Source: Candidatus Zambryskiibacteriota bacterium (GTDB lineage: Bacteria; Patescibacteriota; Minisyncoccia; Phycocordibacterales; Zambryskibacteraceae). Taken from it: a stretch of 29,126 nt of DNA. The DNA is taken from contig JANLIM010000063.1 of assembly GCA_024654145.1 (NCBI GenBank), positions 1-29,126 of the forward strand, written 5' to 3'. This document shows, piece after piece, positions 15,318 to 22,080 of the stretch (its first letter is position 1; the number at the start of each line of letters is the position of its first letter). A program made the translations under genes and the position numbers. A model generated the notes under the pieces. It searched no databases and had not been told where the DNA came from. It saw only the letters and a list, made by a program, of their open reading frames with translations.

Positions 15318-16685
15318 ATGACTAAGAAGTCACCGGGGTCCATGGCGCTTCTCGTCATGGTCCTCTCATTCGCTTCTGCCGCAGCTACGGGCTGCGGGGA
15401 CGACATCACGCAGTTTACCAAGGTCGGCAGCCCCACGGCTCCGTCGACGCCGTCGACCAGAGTCGACAGCGTCGAGGTGCACACCCCGTACGAGCATGTG
15501 AAGTTGACCGGCTGTTATTTGGAGGTCAACCTCACCGCGAAGATCAGGGGTGAGAATGTCGGCAACCTCGTCGTTACCTGGAAGTATTCAGGGAACGGTG
15601 CGTTCACCTACAACGGTAACGATTCGAAGCTCATCATCACCAAGGCGGGCACTACCGAAGTGTACGCCACAGCGATGGGAGTGAAGTCGAACGTCGTCAA
15701 AATCGTGGCGACCGGAGACTGTGGTGATTCGTCACCTCCGTCTCAACCGGAACCCAGCGTTGACTTGAAGGTCAACGGTTCTGACGGTCCGATCACTGTT
15801 GCGAAGGGGAGTGTCGTCGACGTGGATCGTTTCTTGACGAACTGCATCTCGACTACCTGGATCAGCGGTCCTCTCACCGGCATGGTGGGTGGTAACGGTC
15901 GCGATCGTGTCCAGATCAACGAGGACACCCGCTTCGGCATGAGGTGTACGGCTGCGAACGGGAAAAAGGACGAAGATTTCGTCCAGGTCAACGTGTCCTC
16001 AACGACACCGCCACCGGCACCGTCGCCAGCTCCTGCGCCGACTTGCTCGATCAGTGCAGATCACCTGAGCGTTCCTCAGGGGGGAAGCACTGTAATCAGG
16101 TATACGTCGACGAACGCCACGTCTGTCATCGGTCTCTCTGGTTTCTCCGGCAATCTTCCGTTGTCGGACGCACGGGGAGTAATTCTGGGAGAGACGACTA
16201 CCTTCACGATCCAGTGCTCTGGACCGGGAGGCACGTCTCCGCCGCAGAGCGTGACAGTGACCGTGACAGGTCCGGCATGCCCAACTTCGATCGACTATTC
16301 TCCTAAGGAGGACTTGAAGGTCAATGTTGGCGGAAGTAGGGCCATCACGGTCGACAACTGGCCGTCGAATGTGTCATGCAATCCGTTCTACCATGTCGAT
16401 CGTGCTGATCTGGCGAGGATCAAGGGGACAAAAACTTGTCTCGTCGACGGCAAGCCCTTCTGGTGTGGCCCTGCCGCCACGATTGAGGGTGTCTATCCTG
16501 GTTCCGTACGCGCTACAGTCCAGATCGACGTGACTCTCCCCAGACCGGAGAAGTCTCGTATCTGGACAGTCAAGGCCAACACGCTGACCAATACGCTTAC
16601 TGACATGCTGGGACTCGATCTCAGCTTCATGAGCAACAATGGTCGGGACAAGTACGGCGTGTGTCAGACACTCGCCTGCAAATAA
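15318..16685 (+). CDS. Putative surface lipoprotein with tandem Ig/PKD-like modules and Pro/Ser/Thr linkers
   Basis: Signal peptide ending ATG|C, linkers SPTAPSTPS and PPPAPSPAPAP, beta-rich modules with Cys pairs (FTIQCSGPGGT...VTVTV). SD GGAGG at 15309-15313 and TTGACA upstream. Confidence 0.7.
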   Translation: MTKKSPGSMALLVMVLSFASAAATGCGDDITQFTKVGSPTAPSTPSTRVDSVEVHTPYEHVKLTGCYLEVNLTAKIRGENVGNLVVTWKYSGNGAFTYNGNDSKLIITKAGTTEVYATAMGVKSNVVKIVATGDCGDSSPPSQPEPSVDLKVNGSDGPITVAKGSVVDVDRFLTNCISTTWISGPLTGMVGGNGRDRVQINEDTRFGMRCTAANGKKDEDFVQVNVSSTTPPPAPSPAPAPTCSISADHLSVPQGGSTVIRYTSTNATSVIGLSGFSGNLPLSDARGVILGETTTFTIQCSGPGGTSPPQSVTVTVTGPACPTSIDYSPKEDLKVNVGGSRAITVDNWPSNVSCNPFYHVDRADLARIKGTKTCLVDGKPFWCGPAATIEGVYPGSVRATVQIDVTLPRPEKSRIWTVKANTLTNTLTDMLGLDLSFMSNNGRDKYGVCQTLACK

Positions 16686-16706
16686 CTCGGCTTCGGCCGA
16701 AATCTG

Positions 16707-16742
16707 GGTGCTCCGTCTATATGGCGGGGCACCTTTTCTTTT
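16707..16742 (+). terminator. Intrinsic terminator after the lipoprotein gene
   Basis: GGTGCTCCGTC-TATAT-GGCGGGGCACC followed by TTTTCTTTT. Confidence 0.75.
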
Positions 16743-16760
16743 GATGCTATAATTCGTATC

Positions 16761-17810
16761 ATGAAAAAAGGTGAAAAATCCTCAGGCGTTCTCTATCGCA
16801 AATACCGCCCACAAGGTTTTGGCGATGTCATTGGGCAAGACCATATTGTTAAAGTCTTGGAAGGTGCGGTGAAGCTCGGCAATATCTCACACGCCTACAT
16901 CTTCTCCGGACCTCGAGGGACAGGGAAGACTTCCATGGCACGCATTCTTTCCCGTGAGATAGGAACTTCAGCCAATGACCTTACTGAGATGGATGCCGCT
17001 TCCAATCGCGGCATCGACGACATCCGCGAGATCCGCGAATCGGTGAACACTCTGCCGTTCGAGTCGCGTTACAAGGTCTACATTATCGATGAGGTGCACA
17101 TGCTTACTCGTGATGCCTGGAATGCCTTTCTAAAGACTCTCGAGGAGCCTCCTGCACATGTGGTTTTTATCATGGCGACAACAGAATTAGAGAAAGTGCC
17201 TGAGACAGTTATTTCACGGTGCCAAACATTTACATTCAAAAGGCCAAATCAAGCTACTCTAAAGGATTTCGCGATTACTATTGCGAAGAAAGAAGGAATC
17301 ACACTCGACCCTGCAGCAGCGGAGCTCATCTCACTCCTCGGAGACGGCTCTTTCCGCGATGCTCACGGCATTCTTGAGAAAGTGCTTAGTGCTACCGAAG
17401 ACAAGAAAGTGACTCGTCAGGAAGTAGAGCTAGTCACAGGCGCGCCCAAAGCAGAGCTCGTCCGTGCAATTCTGGAATCTATAGTTGAGAAGGATTTGGA
17501 GAAAGGCTTGAAGGCAGTAGGGCAGGCAAGTGAGGCAAATGCCGAGATGAAGCTCTTTGCTAAATTGATTCTGGAGCGACTTCGCTTCCTTTTCCTACTC
17601 CGATTGAAGGCGGGTATGGATGAGTATATTTCTAAGCAAATTTCAGAAGACGATTTGGAATATTTGAGAGCATTGGCAACAAAAGCAGGTCAGGATCTCA
17701 CAGCCGAGGTGCTTTTAAGATTCATAGTGGCCTACGAAGACTCAGGGCGTACCTCCATTCCAGAGCTAGCACTTGAGCTTGCCCTAGCAGATTCTATTAA
17801 AAAAAGCTAG
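16761..17810 (+). CDS. dnaX: DNA polymerase III gamma/tau subunit, short form (core domains only)
   Basis: LYRKYRPQ.F.DVIGQ, SGPRGTGKT Walker A, EMDAASNRGIDDIR, IIDEVHML, FLKTLEEPP and TVISRCQ. Confidence 0.96.
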   Translation: MKKGEKSSGVLYRKYRPQGFGDVIGQDHIVKVLEGAVKLGNISHAYIFSGPRGTGKTSMARILSREIGTSANDLTEMDAASNRGIDDIREIRESVNTLPFESRYKVYIIDEVHMLTRDAWNAFLKTLEEPPAHVVFIMATTELEKVPETVISRCQTFTFKRPNQATLKDFAITIAKKEGITLDPAAAELISLLGDGSFRDAHGILEKVLSATEDKKVTRQEVELVTGAPKAELVRAILESIVEKDLEKGLKAVGQASEANAEMKLFAKLILERLRFLFLLRLKAGMDEYISKQISEDDLEYLRALATKAGQDLTAEVLLRFIVAYEDSGRTSIPELALELALADSIKKS

Positions 17811-17830
17811 CACAGTTTTCTACAAAAGGG

Positions 17831-17863
17831 TTTACATTCCGAGTGATGGTGGTATTATCACTC
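17831..17863 (+). promoter_or_regulatory. Sigma70-type promoter overlapped by a 7-9-7 inverted repeat
   Basis: TTTACA (17831-17836), 16 nt, TATTAT (17853-17858). GAGTGAT (17841-17847) and ATCACTC (17857-17863) form the inverted repeat. Confidence 0.5.
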
Positions 17864-17864
17864 A

Positions 17865-17999
17865 GTAAGCCACTCGCTTACTTTGGGCAGTGAGAGAGCG
17901 AAGGAAGTTTACTTTCTTCGCAAACGAGCTAACCCGAAGCAAGGCTAACGCCTTGCCGCTTATCAGCGTTTCGCGATAGCGAGACTAACAGAAAACACT
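17865..17999 (+). ncRNA. Candidate structured 5' leader RNA
   Basis: Hairpins at 17898-17921, 17939-17956 and 17969-17984, plus three CTAAC motifs. Confidence 0.4.
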
Positions 18000-18119
18000 A
18001 TGGAAGACACAAACACAGCGGGACAGGTTCCTCTTACTCCTGAGGAAGAGGCAGCCAAGAAGGCGGCAGCTGAAGGACAGGCTCCTGAAGCTCCAGCAGA
18101 AGAGGCTCCTCTCGCCTAA
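18000..18119 (+). CDS. Small acidic Ala/Glu/Pro-rich protein (39 aa, absent from the ORF track)
   Basis: MEDTNTAGQVPLTPEEEAAKKAAAEGQAPEAPAEEAPLA lies between a promoter/leader and a terminator and shows coding-like GCA/GAA/GCT periodicity. Confidence 0.65.
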   Translation: MEDTNTAGQVPLTPEEEAAKKAAAEGQAPEAPAEEAPLA

Positions 18120-18120
18120 T

Positions 18121-18155
18121 ACAAAAAGACTCGGCTTACCGCCGAGTCTTTTTGT
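18121..18155. terminator. Intrinsic terminator
   Basis: ACAAAAAGACTCGGC-TTACC-GCCGAGTCTTTTTGT, a perfect 15-bp stem. Confidence 0.85.
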
Positions 18156-18248
18156 AAATTAATTCATTGAAGTCTTATTCTCAAGTTCTTAAGAACATTG
18201 GAATAAAGAAATGGTAAGTAGGATGATTTTTTGGTAGATTATCTGTAT

Positions 18249-18319
18249 TGCGGGGTCGTCTAATGGTAGGACAGGAGCCTTTGAAGCTTCTAATGAAGGT
18301 CCGATTCCTTCCCCCGCAG
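18249..18319 (+). tRNA. tRNA-Gln(TTG)
   Basis: Acceptor TGCGGGG/CCCCGCA, anticodon arm GGAGC-CTTTGAA-GCTTC, T-arm GAAGG-TCCGATT-CCTTC. CCA is not encoded. Confidence 0.9.
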
Positions 18320-18418
18320 CATATAAATGTCTAATAAAGAACGCTGTTTAGTTTGTAGTGTATTCTTGGTTGAGCTCATATTTAATGCTTTGAATCGTTA
18401 AAGAGGTATAATTAAATT

Positions 18419-18874
18419 ATGAAAAAAATATTTATTTGGGTGATTATTATCGTGGCGGTGCTTTTGATTGGGGGATTTAAAATGTTTGATAAAACAGCTG
18501 TTAATAACAGTACGGCTGCAAATGTGAATGAAGAAATGGCTGGATACTTCCAGGAACGCATGTTTACAGTCGGCGTGGCGGACATTGGTATGCCTATAGA
18601 AGGATTCGATGCTGGACTCCTCATTATGGCTTACCCCGGGCTTGTGCCAGCTGACTTCCAGGGAGTGGAAACTGTCGAGGGTAAGTATGAGGTCACAGGG
18701 GATGAGATTGTCTTTCTCAGAGATGCTTCAAAGCCTATAACTTCGGCTGAAGAAATGGTTTCTGCCGAAGGTTATAGAACACTACTTGCTAAAGTTTCAA
18801 CTAGGTTGAAACTTCCTGCTACTACTGAAGCAGAAGTAGACTTGATTGTTGAGACTCTAGATAAAGAGAATTAA
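18419..18874 (+). CDS. Hypothetical membrane-anchored protein
   Basis: MKKIFIW followed by a hydrophobic helix, with TATAAT 6 nt upstream of the ATG. Confidence 0.8.
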   Translation: MKKIFIWVIIIVAVLLIGGFKMFDKTAVNNSTAANVNEEMAGYFQERMFTVGVADIGMPIEGFDAGLLIMAYPGLVPADFQGVETVEGKYEVTGDEIVFLRDASKPITSAEEMVSAEGYRTLLAKVSTRLKLPATTEAEVDLIVETLDKEN

Positions 18875-19386
18875 TATTCACGAATCTCATCAGCTCCGTG
18901 GCGGACGAAGATTTCTCTTGCTTTGGCTGCGTTTTCTGTCTTAGCTGTTACAAGGACAGAGCCTAGCCTCACCTTCTCCTCGTAGACTTTAGCTTCTTCC
19001 TCATCTACACCTAGACCCATAAGTGCTCCTACCAATCCTCCTGCCGCAGCACCTGTGAGGGCTCCTGCTGCTGTTGTAGCGGCTGCACCTGTAAGACCCA
19101 GAGCAGTTGCCAAGGGACCGGCTACAAAGAGTGTACCGAGACCTGGGAGAATCCCGTTTGCCACAACAAGCCCAGCAATACCACCGACAATAGCGCCGGT
19201 ACCGGCACCAGCAGCGACGCTTGAACCAACACTTTCACCATCTCCTTCCTCAACAACTGTTTTGCCTTCTGAGCTATAGACATATGAGATGTCAGTGTCT
19301 CTTACTCCAATACCCTTAAGTTCTGTTATCGCCATTTCCGCGTGGTCAGTATTTGTGAATACTGCAATAATCATGTTTTCTTTCAT
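18871..19386 (-). CDS. General stress protein (YflT-like N-terminus plus Gly/Ala-rich membrane hairpin)
   Basis: IIAVFTNTDHAEMAITELKGIG...DISYV, GAGTGAIVGG..GL, GTLFVAGPLA and GLGVDEEEAKVYEEKVRLGSVLV. ATG 19386 is preferred over the track start at 19488. Confidence 0.75.
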   Translation of the reverse strand: MKENMIIAVFTNTDHAEMAITELKGIGVRDTDISYVYSSEGKTVVEEGDGESVGSSVAAGAGTGAIVGGIAGLVVANGILPGLGTLFVAGPLATALGLTGAAATTAAGALTGAAAGGLVGALMGLGVDEEEAKVYEEKVRLGSVLVTAKTENAAKAREIFVRHGADEIREY

Positions 19387-19506
19387 ATTATTTAAGTAGA
19401 TTAACTTGTAATCGTTAGTCATTATCGGTAGACGTTTAAAATATGTTATTAATACCCGTGTTTTTAGACATAAAAATTTACACCACACTCAGCCGGTAAG
19501 ACTGAT

Positions 19507-19532
19507 GGGAACTTGTCCGTCAGATAAGCGTA
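19507..19532 (+). promoter_or_regulatory. ECF sigma-type promoter upstream of the KGG gene
   Basis: GGGAAC (19507-19512), 16 nt, CGTA (19529-19532). Confidence 0.45.
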
Positions 19533-19613
19533 CAGGTCGAGAAGGTTATTAGTTTGGATAATCTCACGCGCGTTGATTATCGATTATTAGTTCCTTAATC
19601 TAATCTAAAAAAT

Positions 19614-19793
19614 ATGGCACAAGACAATCGTGGTTTCGCTGGTATGGATCCTGAAAAGCAGCGAGAAATAGCATCTAAGGGCGGCAAGGCTGCCCATGAG
19701 AGCGGTAATGCTCACGAATTTGATTCCGAAGAAGCACGTCGCGCTGGTCAGAAGGGCGGCCGTGCAAGCGGTGGGAATCAAAACGAAAGATAG
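19614..19793 (+). CDS. KGG-repeat stress protein (GsiB/YciG/Con-10-like, 59 aa, absent from the ORF track)
   Basis: MAQDNRGFAGMDPEKQREIASKGGKAAHESGNAHEFDSEEARRAGQKGGRASGGNQNER contains the canonical RGFA.MD.EKQREIASKGG and AHEF.SEEAR.AG.KGG motifs. Confidence 0.92.
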   Translation: MAQDNRGFAGMDPEKQREIASKGGKAAHESGNAHEFDSEEARRAGQKGGRASGGNQNER

Positions 19794-19824
19794 CCCCACG
19801 ACAATTTATCATTAGTTAAAATAC

Positions 19825-19860
19825 AGCCCGGCACTCAGCAATGAGTGCCGGGCTTGTGTG
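19825..19860 (+). terminator. Terminator after the KGG gene
   Basis: AGCCCGGCACTCA-GCAA-TGAGTGCCGGGCT followed by TGTGTG. Confidence 0.65.
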
Positions 19861-19941
19861 TAGGCATTCATACTGTTGTGCTTGCATCTAGTTAGGGCAT
19901 CTCTATAATCTAGGGATAAATAAATTTCTTACTCATCCGCA

Positions 19942-20541
19942 ATGAAGACAGCCGCTAAAACAAAATTGAAGAAAACAGAGGCCCAGGAACAAAAATCTCT
20001 TTGGGCTGATTTTTTTATCTCAAAACCTGAACGAACTATCGAGTGGCTGGGTGGAGTTAACTTCGAAAATCTGCAAACAGTGCTCTCCAAAGTAAAAGAG
20101 CATGTTATCAATGACCCGGAAGAAGAAATTCATCTCATGATTAATTCTTATGGCGGGCCCACAGGTGTGGGAATGAGTTTTTATGATGCAGTGAGAACTT
20201 GGTTGCGTCCTAATTTAGTAACTATAGGCTCAGGCTACGTGGATTCTTCCGGAATTATTGTCTTCTTGGCTGGGCATAAGAGGTACATTACAAAAAATAC
20301 TACTCTTCTTTTTCACCTTGCTGGGCGGACTTTCGGTGAAGGAAAGCGTTTCTCTACAGCAGACATGGAAAACATGCTCAAGGAAGATAAAGTAAAGGAC
20401 TATCAATATGCTTGTGTAGTCTCTGATGCAACAAACGGCCGGTACTCTCCAGAAAAAGTTTTAGAAATGATGGCTGCTAGCACTGTACTCACAGCAGAGG
20501 AAGCTGTAAATATGGGCCTAGCCCACAAGGTGCTGGAATAA
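19942..20541 (+). CDS. ClpP-like protease subunit (divergent)
   Basis: IHLMINSYGG, VTIGSGYVDSSG (Ser), LLFHLA (His) and LTAEEAVNMGLAHKV. The position of the triad Asp appears to be Ser. Confidence 0.8.
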   Translation: MKTAAKTKLKKTEAQEQKSLWADFFISKPERTIEWLGGVNFENLQTVLSKVKEHVINDPEEEIHLMINSYGGPTGVGMSFYDAVRTWLRPNLVTIGSGYVDSSGIIVFLAGHKRYITKNTTLLFHLAGRTFGEGKRFSTADMENMLKEDKVKDYQYACVVSDATNGRYSPEKVLEMMAASTVLTAEEAVNMGLAHKVLE

Positions 20542-20581
20542 CTGCGCCAGCCTTGTTGTTTATATGCTAAAATAGAAGCAT

Positions 20582-21004
20582 ATGAATATTAAAAAAATTA
20601 TTTGGCTGAAGTTGCGTTTAGTAATGGGGCTTATTTTTTTGTGGGCGTTCGCTGACAAACTTTTCGGGCTTGGTTACGCCACCTCCTCAGATAAGTCTTG
20701 GCTAAATGGGGGTTCTCCAACAGCAGGCTATTTAACTAACGCTACTCGCGGTCCTTTTGTAGAGTTTTTCCAAAGCCTCGCCGGAATGCCGCTTGTTGAC
20801 TGGCTTTTTATGTTGGGACTCCTGGGAGTTGGGCTTACGCTTATCTTTAATAAATTCGTCTCCTACGGCGCTATTGCAGGAAGTATTATGATGGCTCTTA
20901 TGTATCTTTCAGCTTTTCCTCCTTCAAACAATCCTTTAATAGATGAGCATATTGTCTATATACTCGTTTTGTCCGCTTTGGCGATAAGAAGTAGGGAAGG
21001 TTAG
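20582..21004 (+). CDS. DoxX/DoxD-family membrane protein
   Basis: LRLVMGLIFLWAFADKLFGLG...W..GGSPT.GYL, VDWLFM.GLLGVG and NPLIDEHIVY, with 4 predicted TM segments. Confidence 0.85.
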   Translation: MNIKKIIWLKLRLVMGLIFLWAFADKLFGLGYATSSDKSWLNGGSPTAGYLTNATRGPFVEFFQSLAGMPLVDWLFMLGLLGVGLTLIFNKFVSYGAIAGSIMMALMYLSAFPPSNNPLIDEHIVYILVLSALAIRSREG

Positions 21005-21086
21005 CGCGTCTGGACAAATCTTAAAATAAACGTATATTGTTGGCTAGAAACGTTCGCCAACTTTAAACCTGAACCTGGAGGTTCAC

Positions 21087-21980
21087 ATGGGGGCAGTAGA
21101 AAAACCCACCGTCCTCATGGTGGATGATGAAGAAGATTTGCTTGAACAGGGGCAAGAGTTTTTTGAGGGATTCAACGGTCATAAGTTCAATGGTGTAACT
21201 ACCTTTGAAGAAGCCGTAGAAAAGATCTCGGAAACTCCTGGAGACATGGTTGCTTTTGTAGACATTCACCTCAAAGGCAAGCGCTCTGGTATTGATCTTC
21301 TGCGATTCATTCAAGAGTACGCCTCTCACAGAGTCGTGCCCTACGCTTACACAGGCCAGACCTCTATCACGGTAGAGAGGAAAGCCTTGGCTGCAGGGGC
21401 TATCCACGTTTTTCACAAGCCAGTCGATACCCTTGAAAGGCTAGTCGTCTACGCTGAAGAATCACTGGTGTCACGCCTGTTGCACAAAGCTTCTTCAGAC
21501 GACCTGACAGAACTCCACCGCTACTCAAGCTTCAGCAAGCTGGCTGTTTCTGAGTTGAAAACCGCAAAGGTGAGGCGCGACGGCAAGCATCCTGAAGTGT
21601 TCTCACTACTTTTCATCAACGTGGATAACTTCAGCAGCATTGGGGAGACCCACGGTTACCTTTCGGGCGATAAGACTTTGCAAACTGTTGCAGACGTGCT
21701 TCGCAAAGGTGTCCGGCCTACCGACCATCTCTGTCATAAGGGCGGCAGCGAATTCTTAGTTTGGCTGCCGGGTGTTGAAGGAAGGAAAGCTGTTGAGGTG
21801 GTAAATGAACTCAGGCAGCGCACAGCGGAAACGCAGGTTGAGTTGGAGGAGAGCAAGTTTTTCACTTCAATCTCTGTCGGTGCCGTTAGTACGGCTTGGG
21901 ACGAAATCTCTGAGGAGGACCCAGAGTCCACGTTAGAGATAATGATCCGAAAAGCCCATGCTGACTTGAGAAAATCTTGA
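21087..21980 (+). CDS. Response regulator receiver fused to a degenerate GGDEF domain
   Basis: REC: VLMVDDE, FVDIHL (phosphoacceptor Asp), YTG, HKP. GGDEF: DDLTEL, INVDNF, RPTD I-site, GGSEF. SD GGAGGT upstream. Confidence 0.88.
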   Translation: MGAVEKPTVLMVDDEEDLLEQGQEFFEGFNGHKFNGVTTFEEAVEKISETPGDMVAFVDIHLKGKRSGIDLLRFIQEYASHRVVPYAYTGQTSITVERKALAAGAIHVFHKPVDTLERLVVYAEESLVSRLLHKASSDDLTELHRYSSFSKLAVSELKTAKVRRDGKHPEVFSLLFINVDNFSSIGETHGYLSGDKTLQTVADVLRKGVRPTDHLCHKGGSEFLVWLPGVEGRKAVEVVNELRQRTAETQVELEESKFFTSISVGAVSTAWDEISEEDPESTLEIMIRKAHADLRKS

Positions 21981-22006
21981 AACAGCAGTTGCTTCAAGTT
22001 CATTGC

Positions 22007-22040
22007 AGGGGCGGCGCCGTTGGTGCCGCCCCTAGTTATT
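22007..22040 (+). terminator. Terminator after REC-GGDEF
   Basis: AGGGGCGGCGCC-GTT-GGTGCCGCCCCT followed by AGTTATTT. Confidence 0.7.
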
Positions 22041-22080
22041 TAAAGAAAGCTTTTATCAAGCGCTACGTTATAATCAACAT

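Noticed and set aside
17799-17810. A7-G run at the dnaX end as an E. coli- or Thermus-type gamma/tau frameshift site
   Set aside because: The AAAAAAG heptamer is not in the required reading frame, and both shifted frames stop within about 30 codons without tau-like sequence.
17841-17863. CIRCE (HrcA) operator
   Set aside because: The 9-nt spacer matches, but the half-sites are in the opposite order and differ from TTAGCACTC-N9-GAGTGCTAA.
17865-18155. tmRNA interpretation, because the peptide ends in ..PLA*
   Set aside because: No tRNA-Ala-like acceptor ends or T-arm, and the ORF has its own ATG.
19387-19488. N-terminal extension of the general stress protein from the track start at 19488
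   Set aside because: It translates AT-rich promoter DNA. The family-like sequence begins at MKENMIIAVF.
19590-19613. TAATCTA motif shared upstream of the KGG, YflT-like and lmo0937-like genes as a stress-specific site
   Set aside because: It also occurs upstream of rpmG, so it is more likely a generic AT-rich leader feature.
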